From assembly GCA_027923505.1 (NCBI GenBank), contig BROI01000024.1, positions 248,001 through 312,000 on the forward strand: DNA of 64,000 nt, read 5' to 3'. Positions within the stretch are counted from its first letter, which is position 1. Each line of letters begins with the position of its first letter. The stretch is from Mayamaea pseudoterrestris (taxonomy: Eukaryota). The notes beneath the pieces were generated by a model. That model did not search any database. It was not told the DNA's origin and saw nothing but the letters and a program-made list of their open reading frames with translations. A program made the translations under genes and the position numbers. This document shows, in pieces, positions 51,386-63,493 of this stretch.

Positions 51386-54300
51386 TTAGTTTGTCCGCTT
51401 TTTTATATTGCTCAAAAAGGCAAGCGTCGCATCCCAATCAAGCGTCTCATTGTTGAAGATATTGTCCGGAAGACAAAAACAAGACTCGGTCGGCGAGCAG
51501 ATGCATTCGACAAGGTCTCGAAAAGTTCCATTCTTGGCGAGGAAAGCTGCAGCCGCTTCGTTGACGGGAGCAACCGACTTGATGCCAAGCTGACAAAGTC
51601 GTTGCCTGTGAGCCGTCAAGCTTGACTTGTCGCGAGCACTCATCGCCAGGTTTCGCGCCAGTAGCCCCGTCGCCAACCCACTCACAAAGCCCAGGTCATC
51701 GCGTGTTTCGTTGCCCTTGAGCACCACGTTCGCAAGCACATCCAGCAGCTCTGGCGAGTCTCTTGTAGATGCGTCAACACTTGGCTGATCCTCCCTCAGG
51801 TAAATTGTTAGCAAGACCTTCAAGTCGTCTCCGTCTACGTTCAACAAGTGTAGCAGACCAGCGAGGCGACGTAACACAAGGCAGCGAATTCTCGTCAGAA
51901 AACTAGGAAGCAAAAATACTCGCAAGCACCGTGCACTCAATGCTTGTATCGCGTTGTTTTCAATAAAGACTTCGCACAGATCGGAGATGAATTCTTCCAC
52001 GACACGAAATGAGTCTTTCGTCTGCAAATCGAAAAGCTTCTTCACTTCAGCTTCCGCAGCGCCATCGGTGGCATCGCTAGTAGCAGACGTTTGCTTCGAG
52101 GATGAGTGAGCTACGCTCGTTTCAATAAAGCTCTGTCCGATACTGTCTTTGCGACTGTACATGTCGACCAATTTACATGCAAGTGATTGTATAGTTGCGT
52201 CACTTGATACCGCGTCAGGATGCAGACAAATGTTCATGACGTAGTACAGCTTGCCGCCCGTCTCTAGACTCGAAGCAAATTTCTCTCCCTCTGCTTCATT
52301 CGTTTCGAAATCGAGAATCAGCTTGAGCGCACATCTCAAAACACTGATTGCTTCAGTGCTGCCTTGTTCACCGAAGGAGATGGAGCCACACAGCACCTGC
52401 CATAGCCACATTTTCCCCATTGGAAGAAGCGGAGTATCTTTCCCATTCGTGCCCTCAGCTTCGCTCAGCAAGGAATGAAGCATTTGTGGACCAGCACCTG
52501 CGCTGTCAATTCCAAACCGTCCAAAAAGCTTAAAGCTGTGGTCTAGCTGACTCCTTGACCGACATAGTTCACGAACAAGAACAGTTGACAAAGCTGAGGT
52601 CTCCTCAAGCGACAAACTCGGTTCAGAAGAAAATAAGCTTTCGTGGCTTAGCAACCTCGCCGCCAACCACTCCTCGCCGAATTGGAGTCTTCCGAATACG
52701 ACAAAGGCACACGCTCGAACATCGAGAGCGATCTCATACTTATCAGAAGCTAACCATGTAACAAGATGAAAGAGAAAAACATTCTGCCAGCAAACTCGAG
52801 GCAAACACAACGCCATGTCGTCCCGCAACAATAAAGCTCCCGAGTTTATTTCCATTCTCGATAGGCCGTCGTTTAACACCTTAATCAAATAGCTTCCAAG
52901 CACTTTCTCACTTGCGCGTGACGTAGAATAAAGGTCTTGCGCGGTGTGAACGAAGCGCAGAATTGAATTAATAAAGGCGAAGCTTGCCGCTTCGATGGCC
53001 GAAACCTCGGTGACAACTTTGAAGCTTTGTAGTGCAGTATCAAGTGCTGTTGCGAAAACGTGGCTTTGCATCAGCGATACGATCGAGTCGCACATATCGT
53101 CCCCTTCCTCAAGCGACATATTTTCCACTTTGAATTCTCCGCCGGTCTCATTGGGTTCTCGTTCAGAAAGAAGTAGGTACGAATCAAGAAAGTGAACACA
53201 ACTAGCCATAAGTTTCAGGAAATCAGGCGTGTACGCTTCCTTTTCGGGTAGGGAACTCAAATGATACTGCGCTTGCCGGCTAAAGGATACTAGCCAAACC
53301 GCAGTGTGTGACAAGCTTCCAGCCACCTCATCCGCTATTTCGCCATGGCTGCTCGATCGACTAACGAAGCGAGCAAGGTCGCAAACACAAGTCAAGGCTG
53401 AGAAATACTCTGCGGCTATGGAAAACCGACCATGACCCAAAGTGGTTGAGGGAGCTGCCAATGTAAGCAGTGGTTGTAGAATTGAGTGACATAACCCATA
53501 CTGTAACATCGTGCGCCATAGTATCAACGCCCGTTGCTGCATCTGATGCTGTGTCTCGTCCAACGCCTCGCTAGCCAAGACTCGTAGAATAATATTTTCA
53601 ACATCAAGTCCTTCAGCGGCAACGCGTGACTGTCTCGCAAGCGTACAAAGGAGAATCATAGCTGATAATCCAAGACTTGAATGATTATGCGAAGTATCGG
53701 CGACATTTGGCAAATTTAACGTCAGGCACTTTATGTTCAACAGAAGTGTCTCGTGTTGAACAATCGCCGACGCTGCGCCAGGCGATCTTTGCGCCAGCAT
53801 GGACAGGATTCCACAAATTAAACGCACGGCATCGCTAGGTAGCGCATAAGGAAGAGTATTGTTTAACAGATGAGCAAGTCGAGGAAGGATGCGCATCCTC
53901 GACAACAAAGTCCACATGGGATCGCGTTGAAACGAGTCGGCATCTGCTTGCGCCGATTTTGTAGTGGACTCTGTTGAATAAGCCACCGGCTGATCCCCTT
54001 CTCCCACATAATGCGACGTCGCGGGTGCAGACGAGTAGCAAGCTGATGCGCGAGGCGTTGGCACTGCGTCGTTCATGTAGTAGAGCTGGAACATATCGCT
54101 GGCAGATGATTGAGTTCCAGTCACATCAACAACGTGCGCTGGATGAGCTCGTAATTGTAGCATAAGGTATATTGACTCGAGTACATATAAACAGAGCAGT
54201 TGGCCATTTGGACGCGAAATGAGTGGGGAGTCGAGCAAGCAGCGGACACTGACCGGCAAAAGATCTGGGTATGGCCAAAGCGCAGAAAGTCCCTCTTGGT

Positions 54301-55336
54301 CAGACAGCGAGCAACATCTCCCACTGTGCAAATCCTCTGTAAGCTTTTCCACAATTTGCTTAGCCGCCCAAAGATTTTGGCGAGGAACAGACGATCGCAG
54401 CAAGTCGCATGCAAGGTCAAAGTCATTCTTTGTTTCGGAACCTTCCACCTTACTTAATTCGGGGTCGTCGCCAACCTCTGCTGCCATGGCGTCATCCAAG
54501 TCGTCGTAAGTCTGAATCGAGGATAAAACCTGCGCTAAACGTTCCTTCTCGTGTCTGACATCTTTCTCGTTGATTGCTACGTGATTTGACTGACTTGTTG
54601 CAGTATCTGGATCATTTGCATCGACATTCTTCTTGCCAGCTCGGCGCTGTAAAAACGCAATCATGTCAGCCGACAAGGATCCCTTCAGCTCCATTTGCTT
54701 TTCTTTAATTTCCGAGACTGAGAGTCCTTCCATCATGGCTTGAGCGTCTCTTTCTGCGTCGATTTGAAGAGTTTCTAGTGAAGCAGTGCCGCCGGCTGCT
54801 GCTGACTGTGATTTATGTGGAAGCACAGGAGAAGCCTTGATCGCCAATGAAGCAGTTTTATTCGCCTTAATAACAAACGTTCCGAGCGGACGATCCAGAG
54901 AAGGAAAGCCCTGACCCGATGGATCACTCAACTGTCGTTGCTGCTGAGCAAATCTGGATGCTTTCTTGACTGTTGTTTTTGTCGAAAACGTTTCTGCCGG
55001 TTGTCGCTGCCTCTCCATGACGGAACCCAAAACTGGCGGCTTGATTTCAGGAGGTTCATTGCTACTGCTTCCACTCTGTTCGATGCCATTTTCATCAGGA
55101 AAAGCTGCGGAAGCTTCATACGCAGTTGCTTCTGGAACGGAGATGGGAGTCGCACGTTTTCCAGTAGATTTGCGAACGACGGTAGCGGCTGGTCGCTCGC
55201 CAAAGGGCATGTCCAGCCGCTGATTCAATGCGTTACGCGCCCTACTTGGACGACTGCTAGGCATGGCTGCACTCCTAGCAGTTGAAGACATGAGAGACTC
55301 CAGTGCTTCATCGGACAAGCCTTGTGTATTCGCCAT
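51386..55336 (-). CDS. RPAP1: RNA polymerase II-associated protein 1 (RPAP1/Rba50)-like
   Basis: KASRF, MMEGLSVSEIKEKQMELKGSLSADMIAFL (RPAP1_N-like), LLRSSVPRQ (RPAP1_C-like), ARM-like body. Confidence 0.75.
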   Translation of the reverse strand: MANTQGLSDEALESLMSSTARSAAMPSSRPSRARNALNQRLDMPFGERPAATVVRKSTGKRATPISVPEATAYEASAAFPDENGIEQSGSSSNEPPEIKPPVLGSVMERQRQPAETFSTKTTVKKASRFAQQQRQLSDPSGQGFPSLDRPLGTFVIKANKTASLAIKASPVLPHKSQSAAAGGTASLETLQIDAERDAQAMMEGLSVSEIKEKQMELKGSLSADMIAFLQRRAGKKNVDANDPDTATSQSNHVAINEKDVRHEKERLAQVLSSIQTYDDLDDAMAAEVGDDPELSKVEGSETKNDFDLACDLLRSSVPRQNLWAAKQIVEKLTEDLHSGRCCSLSDQEGLSALWPYPDLLPVSVRCLLDSPLISRPNGQLLCLYVLESIYLMLQLRAHPAHVVDVTGTQSSASDMFQLYYMNDAVPTPRASACYSSAPATSHYVGEGDQPVAYSTESTTKSAQADADSFQRDPMWTLLSRMRILPRLAHLLNNTLPYALPSDAVRLICGILSMLAQRSPGAASAIVQHETLLLNIKCLTLNLPNVADTSHNHSSLGLSAMILLCTLARQSRVAAEGLDVENIILRVLASEALDETQHQMQQRALILWRTMLQYGLCHSILQPLLTLAAPSTTLGHGRFSIAAEYFSALTCVCDLARFVSRSSSHGEIADEVAGSLSHTAVWLVSFSRQAQYHLSSLPEKEAYTPDFLKLMASCVHFLDSYLLLSEREPNETGGEFKVENMSLEEGDDMCDSIVSLMQSHVFATALDTALQSFKVVTEVSAIEAASFAFINSILRFVHTAQDLYSTSRASEKVLGSYLIKVLNDGLSRMEINSGALLLRDDMALCLPRVCWQNVFLFHLVTWLASDKYEIALDVRACAFVVFGRLQFGEEWLAARLLSHESLFSSEPSLSLEETSALSTVLVRELCRSRSQLDHSFKLFGRFGIDSAGAGPQMLHSLLSEAEGTNGKDTPLLPMGKMWLWQVLCGSISFGEQGSTEAISVLRCALKLILDFETNEAEGEKFASSLETGGKLYYVMNICLHPDAVSSDATIQSLACKLVDMYSRKDSIGQSFIETSVAHSSSKQTSATSDATDGAAEAEVKKLFDLQTKDSFRVVEEFISDLCEVFIENNAIQALSARCLRVFLLPSFLTRIRCLVLRRLAGLLHLLNVDGDDLKVLLTIYLREDQPSVDASTRDSPELLDVLANVVLKGNETRDDLGFVSGLATGLLARNLAMSARDKSSLTAHRQRLCQLGIKSVAPVNEAAAAFLAKNGTFRDLVECICSPTESCFCLPDNIFNNETLDWDATLAFLSNIKKRTN

Positions 55337-55607
55337 GGTGCAGTTGTAAAAAAATGAATGGAGGTTTTGGTCGTCGAGCGAACAAGTGCCGGTAAGACGG
55401 TTGGTACTACCCGACGCCGACGCTTTACATAGTTCTTGGTAGTTTTCCTTCGCCTTCCTGCGTATGTTATCTGACAGAAAGAGCAGAATTATATAGCTTA
55501 AATTATTGCACAAGTCTTTACTTTGGAAGCCGGATATATGCATGGTATCGGCAGGTGCCAAAGATACATTCATAGCGGCGGATCATCTCGAAAACACATT
55601 AATACAC

Positions 55608-58600
55608 TCACACCTTCACAAGCGCACTCCCAGTCGCAACATGTTGCTGCCCAAGGCTCGGAGCGGGACGCATGACGCAGAGACAGCCGCATCCCGTTGG
55701 GCATTCCTCGTGCAGAGCGAACCACGACGTGAGATGCCTCACGTGACCACCATGCCCACAAGCATCGCAGATGGTGAACAATCCACGAACGGCAGTATCG
55801 CAAATTACGCAGCGAAAGGCAAAGTTGCGACAGGATTCGCAGTAAGTTCCGGCGCCGACGATTTCCTTGGCGCATCGGGGACATGAGAGAACAAGAGACA
55901 CGCCGGGAGAGCGATTCTCGTCATCCTCAGGCGGGACGCGCGCCAAGTGCTTGGTTAGCTCGGCACGGGTCGTTAGCAGATTCCAAAGATAGAGAAGATC
56001 TGCGTATTTTTTAATAAAGACATCATACTTGTGTTCCTCGGGACCAGCCGGCAACATCTTAAAAGCAGGATGATTCATAAAAATGGGATGACGAAGGACG
56101 CAGACAATCGTGGCCAGCATTTGAACATCCTTCAACGACTCATAATAGCGCAATATATATCTCACCAAGTTGGTCCCAAGCGCATCACCAGATCGTCCCC
56201 AGTCTCCAGAAAAGGCATTGTGACATCGCACTCGGCTTTCCACCGCCTTGGCAAGCAGCTTCCATGTATCACGTTTGCTATTCTCGCCCAACGATTCAGA
56301 AACTGATGCGTTATGTAGACAAGTCTCCGAAATATCAAGAAGCACGCGGCTGAGGCGGCTCTCTGGGTCCGGATTAATGGCTCGGAGAACAGACACTCCA
56401 CCCACCTGGGGGCGACTCGTACGCTGCGGTGAGTATCGTAAATTCGGCATGGACATTCGCTTCGCCAAATCCCGACCAGACCCTCTATTTGATAGACTGT
56501 TTGGTACTGTAACAAGAATAGAAGACAAATGAGTAAAAAAGTTATCGCGGCGACGATAAAGGAAAGACGACATAAACAACGCACACATGGGACTGTCAGG
56601 AGGCGAAAACATGGCAGCATCATCCTTCGGCTGCTGCGTAAACAGCTTCTTCAAAAAGACCATTGATTCTTGCATGTTGGGCCGCACAGAATACTCGCCC
56701 CCGTGTACTCCTCTCTCCATGTCTTCTTCCTGGGTAAATCCTGTGCCTGCAAAGTTGTGCTTTGGCTGTTGGTTATTAAGCTGCCTCACCAAGGGGTTTT
56801 GTGCCAGCCTTGATAGCGAGTCGGAGCTCCTGGGAGCTCCAGAGCCGTCGACGAGAGGAACGAGGAAACGGTATCGAGGCAAGGTTGTTGCGGTTTTTTG
56901 TGATACAGAAATAGCCTCATATCCCTTGGGTGTATCAGCCACTTCCGTATTCTCATCCCAACCCTCAGAACCCAAGAATCCAGAACCAATTTTCCAGCCC
57001 TCAGCAAGAGCTTTGCTTTGGTTATTGAACGCGAGGACGTCAAAGTTATAAGAGATGCAAACTGATGGCGACAACATATCTGATGTCGGAGAAAGGTTAT
57101 CATCAAGTGCTTCTTCGAGAGGAACCGAAGAAGAATCGGCCACCAAAGGGCGTTTAGCCTCCGAGAAGTAGCTGTCGTACATAGTATGGCTTTCTGAAAC
57201 TTCGGTGGAGTCGTCAAATGAACCCGACGATCCGTCACTTCCGTCATCATCGAAATACTTGCCTGTCAATAAGCGAAAATCGTCCATTGATGACGCATCA
57301 GAATCGTCTTGATCACCCCATTGTGCATTTTTGGCCGCAGCGATCATACTCATTAGGTCTTGAAGCGACCGGGGACAAGCACGAGTCACCGAGACTGCAA
57401 ACTGATGCGGGTGCGATGGGCTGCCTTCACCAGTTTTTCGGGCGTGTGGAACAATTTCTCTGGTGAGTGGCGGTGCAGCTGCCAAGCGCGTTTGCGTATC
57501 TTTGTCCCACCATCGCCACATTTTTCTTACTCCCCCATTATGAAACAAAGCGAGGCCTCCTACTCCTGGGCCAAAGGTTGCGCCACAGAGACGGGGGCAT
57601 GGGATCCGATCTTTCTCAATTTTACTCATCAAAATAGCCGCCTCCCTCGCAATTTCAATAGATCGCTCGTTGGCACTTAATTCGCCTTTATCTTTTTCGA
57701 GCCCATTAACGCCTTCAGGTAAAGCGCGAGATCCGACACCTGCGTATGAAGATGAAATGTCCATGTCAAACGGCATGAACGATTTAATCGGATCGGCAAG
57801 AGTACCTGATTCCTCACGCAAAAACGCAGCACCAATATCACTATCCCTTTTGCCCCAGTTTCGCGCAGCATCCAAAAGCGGAGCTTCATTGTCGGATGGA
57901 AATATTCGCAGTGGAGTTGCGTTATCAAACCTGGCAAACCGCGACCCGTCGTTTCTGATGACAGCATCATTCACGGCCTCAGGAATCACCTAACATGATC
58001 GAGAGTAGAGGTTAGCAATGGTCATGACGACAGCCAATTTCGCTTCATAAGATTTTTCAACTTACATGCGTAGTCACAAAGCCTCTGTCACTGAGACAGC
58101 ACATCATGAGCTCGGAGCAGGCGGCATCAGGGGCAGTGGCAGTCGCTGAACGGGTCACGACCCCAAGCTCAGCAGCGCATACGGCGCCCAGAGTGGTGTC
58201 AGCAAGTCCCAAGGTTTTCGACTCGTTGCCTCCAGAAAAAGAGAAGATACTTTGAAGAGATTCCTTTGCGCCGCCCCCCGCCTTGCGGAGCTTCCATACT
58301 TCAGCTTTCCAGCCCGGCAGTGTGTCGACACCGTTGAATGCGACAGTTACAAAAGAATCTTTCATTGAGGAAAGATTGACCCTTGCACAGGCTAATCTGC
58401 TTACAGTGCACTGACCAATTAGTTGACATCCCAGATATTTGGCTGCACTAGATCCATCGATTAACATTTTTGGGTCCGATGCTCCTTCCATGTACCAATA
58501 CTCGTCAGCGTCACGACCCAACTCGCTAGCTGCGTCTGCCGAGGTCCATATCCTCACAGCCGCATCATTCATCACATCATCAAGACCCCAAGTCATCCAT

Positions 58601-59499
58601 AAAGCAGTACTCCGCTTTTCAGTCGGAAAGTACGAGACTCCTATTCCTGCATGCTGGAAGGCGGCCACCGAGTAGAGCGCACCCGAATCGGCTCGTCCGC
58701 GATCCGTCTTTCGAATGTCAAACACCCGCAACCTTCCAGCCGCATCAATAATCGCACATTCATTATCTTCCGAACAAGCGAGCTGTACATTTGGAGAGGA
58801 TATACCAGACCGTCTCGACACTCCGAAACGTAAACTCGGCTTGAATAGTGAGGCTGACGTACTTGACTCTCGCAAATCCCACAAACACGCCGTAGACGCC
58901 GTAGCACCAGCAAGCAGCTCAGAATTTGGCTTCCACACCAAACTCTTGATGCAAGCCTCAAAATCCGTTCCAGTCCCGCTGTCGACCCTCAATCGCCCTC
59001 GGAGCGGATTCGTCGAGTGTCCACTAGCATCCCACACCAGCGCACTCGCACCCTTGGCGGCTGCCAAATGGAACGAGTTGGAAAATGAAGATTGTTGAAA
59101 AGATAACGAGGAAATTGAATCTGCATTATGATCACTACTGTTACTGACAGATGATCCAAGACTAAAGATCATCAAGGGTGTTTCAGGTCGCGTGATACGA
59201 AACAACGCGACACCATGCGATCCGGCGATGGCTCCGAGCGATGCGGCTGCTAACGGATCGACGTTCACCGCTGTCTTTGGAGCTCCTTTGGACGCATAAT
59301 GAGAATATTGTTCGACTTCTGTATAAGATGATGCGACCGGGAGACTACAAGCGAGCGCTTGCGGTTTGAAGGATCCATATTTGGCAATGGACCGGAGGCG
59401 AGATGGCTCTATAGGCTCATTATGATGTGCTGCATACGGTGTGCTTTCAGGCGATGGAGGAAGTTTCGTCTTGGCAGCAATTGTCGTCCCCTGACTCAT
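55608..59499 (-). CDS. WDR59: GATOR2 subunit WDR59/Sea3-like; introns 58065-57990 and probably 56584-56507
   Basis: N-terminal WD-like repeats; PCPRLCGATF; DVQMLATIVCV; C-terminal CVIC...CDACGHGGH...CPTGCGCLC. Confidence 0.8.
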
Positions 59500-60006
59500 G
59501 ATCGAAGTCTAGTAGATAGTATATTAGCGTTTAGATGGATCCCATGGCGACGAAAGATGCGATGATCCGTTTCAAAATGAACGAGAAAGGTCGTACTGGT
59601 GTTCAGAGCGTTAGCTATTGCATTAGTGCCTCTGGGGATACAATCCGCAGCTACCGAAAGGAAGTATCGTGGTGTTCCGGAAAATGTTTGCTGGGCGCTT
59701 CAGATCCTTCTCTGTCATTACTACTTGTGTTTGTTGAAAGTGTGGAGATGTGGGTAAAACGATTAAAGGGCACAAAAGGAAAGTATTTTTTGATATATAA
59801 AGAATACAGAACGGCAGGAGGCTCTGTTACTCCGCAGCCTGCATCACCACAATACTGCTTCATCCCTTTAGTCGTAAGCCAATCATTGCCTGAAAAAATA
59901 CTTCACATAAGGCCAATCCACTAACAGAAACGGTTGACTTACTGCTAATAGTGGCGTCGCATATATCGAGCACCAGATTCGTGTTTCCCTCCTGATCTGT
60001 CTACGG

Positions 60007-61473
60007 TCAATAATTTCTTGTTTCCTTCTTTGGCTCTTTGAACAAGCGCTTCAATCGAGACTTCATAAAACCTTGATAAATATCTTCCATTTCCGGCGAG
60101 GTGGCGCACTCAACAGTTATATCCTGGTGAAGACCAAGTTTACGTTGCCAGCCTCGTTCGCCGTTAGTGGTCGCAATAAGCCACAAAGGCTTGCACTGAT
60201 CCATGACTGGCACAAGCCGGTCAGCATGTTTTTGAGGAATGTATCCAATGTGGTTGCCGCCCATAGTTGACACCCCAATATAGGTGTGTCGTTTCTTCCA
60301 TCGGAAAAGTTTGACGCGATCACCCGCTGCGGCCCGGCCATTTCGAGTGTATTGTTCCATGCCAATGATTTTGAGATGGATGGTTCCGATTACTCGCAAT
60401 GCATCTTGTCCTGCAACAGTTTCGTGATCTTGTGCGGCTGCCAGGATGGGCAGCGGTAGTTTCTTAGCTGTGTTTTCTGCTCCTACAGCGGGTTGATCAA
60501 TTGGCGGGATCGCGGTGACACTAATTGGCGCTGAAGTGATGCCATAACTTTCAGTCCCTGGAGCATGCTGGAGATATTGACCAAGAATTTTGCTAAGTGC
60601 GCCAAGCGACTGCCCGAGATAAGGGCGAGTCGTGGAATAGTGGACTCTGATTGGAATACTGTCGCCGTATGGACCAGCGACCGTGGCCTGAACAATGACG
60701 TTCGGATACTGGTCGAGCAAGGGGGCGAGACGAGCTGCTTCTTGAGCGCTCAAATTGCCGATTTTCTTGCCCAAAGAGTTCAATATGTCTACGGCAGTGG
60801 CCTCGAATTTCTAGATGTTGGAAAAGGCATCACAATGTCAGTTAGAAACTTCCATCTCCAATAAATTGTCACAAGCCACACTTACATTTTGCTGATCGCG
60901 CTTAAGCTTGACAGGCTCTCGCTCAATTGCAGTGCCCGGACAGAATCTGACTCCGACGATAGTGAAGGTACTCGTACCAATGAGAATGATAGGCAAATCC
61001 TCGACAAATGTCATTGCTGACGCTAAAGAAGCATTCGGAGCCGGTGTCGACAGTAAACGCTTGTTACTGCTGGACAAAACATCTTCACGGTCATCTGGGC
61101 TCGGTAACAATTCGAGTGTCTTGGAAGGGGTTGCTGCAGCTGCTGCAGCTGCTGGGGTTGCGGCCGATGACTGGTGCCCATGGATAGCCGACATGACATT
61201 CGGCCCATGCTGCGAACCCAACACTACGGCTTGATAAACCGGCAATGGAAGTGTCTGTAGAGTGTTCATGCTCTCTGCATTCATGTTTCGCTGCATTTGA
61301 TTCAGGCGAGGGGTGACGGTCCGCGTGTCCGACGCTCCAGACGAGGAGGGCACTGACTGCTGCGCCATCGTCTGGATTGGTTTGCTACCACTTTCACTCA
61401 CTTTAAGACTTGACATGGAATATGCACGCGACTTTTGATCATAGGGAAAATGTGGCTTGGTTGCTGCGCCCAT
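60007..61473 (-). CDS. Protein with two HIRAN domains; intron 60885-60811
   Basis: IVGVRF...VKLKRDQQN|KFEATAVDILN..GKKIGNL..A.RLAPLLD, and a second copy IIGMEQY...VKLFR...HIGYIP..A.RLVPVMD. Confidence 0.72.
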
Positions 61474-61797
61474 GCCCCGATCGAAGTTGCAACAAACCTG
61501 AATTTGAATTTGCCCGCGCCGTCATTGGTCCGTTGATCGGCAACGTTAAGCAAAGCTTTTAAGAATACTTGATATCTACCGGAGTAAGCCACATCAAGTA
61601 AATACCTTCTACCGAAGTGTACCGGTAACGAACTTTGTAAATGCAAAGCTTAAACTTTTGAAAGGCGAGGGCGATCGGAGGTGCCCGTCCTTTCGAACGG
61701 ATTTGCTTGCACAGTGAGAACGACTTGTCAATATAAAAATAAGCTACTAATCAGTAATAGTAAGCACACAACTTTCCATGCCTTCGCGTCAACTAGC

Positions 61798-62673
61798 TCA
61801 AAGCTTATACTTGTCATCCAGACCCATATCCTTGTTCAACTCGCCGGTGCGCTGCTTCATCATGGTCTCTCCAATCATGCGCTTCATATTGTCATCGCCC
61901 TCGTCATACATCTTCTTCATCAAGTCCATAATGCCAGCCGTCGGATCGTCGGCTGTTGACTTCTTCTTTTCGGGATTCTTCTCCGTCAACTGGGTCCAGT
62001 AGTCGTAACCGCCATAGTCCTTTTGCTTGACCTTGTGGAGCTTGATGCGAACTTCGTCCGACTTGATGATCAGCTTGCACTGCTCGGGGTCAATATCCTT
62101 CTCCAGATTGTCTTTATACAAGCGATAAGACTTGCCGTTGAGGTCGTTGACAATCAAGTCAAAGGACGACTTGGTATAGTGGCATTGAACATTCTCCTTT
62201 GGAATCTTGCCGACTCCAGCCAGAGGCACGTAAACTGTGACGAACGGAGCATTGTAGCCGCCGGCGTCAAAGGAGAAGCGATCAATGGAGGTGTACTGCT
62301 TGGATCCAGCCGCAGAGGCATCGACGGATGCATTCACTGGTGTCATGGTGATGGGCCGCGGAGGAGATATTGGTGCAGCAGAAGTCGCAGGCTGCTTTTT
62401 CGACGGTGAACTTTGCGGACTAGCCGATGGACTCTCCGGCTCCTTCATGTGCGCATTCTTCTCCATGCGCTTCAAGGCTTCCGACTCGCGACGAAGCTTC
62501 TTCGCAAGGGCTTGAAGATGAAGACGAGCCGTCGGACGGTCCATGCTTTCGAGTGCCTTTTCAATGGCCAAGGCGTCGAGCAAACGTTCCTGGCTCGGAA
62601 GATCCTGATCCTCCTCGACCTCGTCATCGGCGACGGAGTCAGTATCCATTTCGACTTCTTCGACAGACACCAT
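61798..62673 (-). CDS. CACYBP: Calcyclin-binding protein / Siah-interacting protein (CS + SGS domains)
   Basis: SFDLIVNDLNGKSYRL, DPTAGIMDLMKKMYDEGDDNMKRMI. Confidence 0.88.
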   Translation of the reverse strand: MVSVEEVEMDTDSVADDEVEEDQDLPSQERLLDALAIEKALESMDRPTARLHLQALAKKLRRESEALKRMEKNAHMKEPESPSASPQSSPSKKQPATSAAPISPPRPITMTPVNASVDASAAGSKQYTSIDRFSFDAGGYNAPFVTVYVPLAGVGKIPKENVQCHYTKSSFDLIVNDLNGKSYRLYKDNLEKDIDPEQCKLIIKSDEVRIKLHKVKQKDYGGYDYWTQLTEKNPEKKKSTADDPTAGIMDLMKKMYDEGDDNMKRMIGETMMKQRTGELNKDMGLDDKYKL

Positions 62674-62893
62674 TGTGTTTAGTTTCTTTTTTGAAGATGA
62701 TCGTAAGAAATGTAGCTGTCCCTTGCAATGGGAAGTTGTGCGTGTTGCTTGCGAACTGGTGGTGGATCTTTGCGATGCGCGCGACGGCGCGCCATCCGCG
62801 ACACGTGGAACATGAGCGACTCTTGGAGTACCAATCAGACACGAAGCGCGACTCGACGCGGTCATTTTCTTTGTGGGCGATGACACTTTCACC

Positions 62894-63428
62894 ATGAGGA
62901 TCACCAGCCGTCGGAACTTGTGCTTGCTTCTATGCATAACTATTACTATATCGGCGACTGCTCGTGAACATGTAGAGACAACGGTAAGCCAAAATTCGGA
63001 GCTGGGAAATGGCATTTTGCCTTACATAACTGTTTCAAAACATACGTCACGGCTGACTGACAAAGTTCACAACATTTCGTTCATCACTATCGCCAACTTA
63101 TTACTGTTTTCTTTCAATACAGCGACAAGAAATCTTAGCTGGTCGCAAGAAGCGAATTGAGCAGCTCGAGACCATACTCAATGATGCCAAACAACGCCTC
63201 GACGATCACAAAACCGGCAAGCGATTATTGGAAGAATTGGAAACACTCAAGCTTGAAAAGAAGATTGAAATATTCCAACGCAAACTGGAGCAAATGCAAA
63301 GGGTTCCAGATGATTTGGAGATTGAGAGACTACTGAATCGAGAGAGAATTCGAAACGAACGAGTCGATGACAGAAGGAAACGTGAGGATCCTAGCTACTA
63401 TCGAGCCGAGATGGAAGATGAGTTATAA
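62894..63428 (+). CDS. Small ER-lumen coiled-coil protein (131 aa; signal peptide, C-terminal EDEL); intron 62984-63122
   Basis: MRITSRRNLCLLLCITITISATA..., GTAAGC...ATACAG phase-0 intron, in-frame exon 2 ending MEDEL*. Confidence 0.7.
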
Positions 63429-63493
63429 CATACTTGAAAGTGGGTACTTGCGTGTTCCTACGTTCAAAGCAATGACATAAGAAAGAATAAGAG

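Noticed and set aside
55337..55573. N-terminal extensions of track ORFs (RPAP1 here; also CACYBP 62674-63015 and LarC 21458-21616)
   Set aside because: They run through intergenic or neighbouring-gene sequence with no conserved character; downstream ATGs fit better
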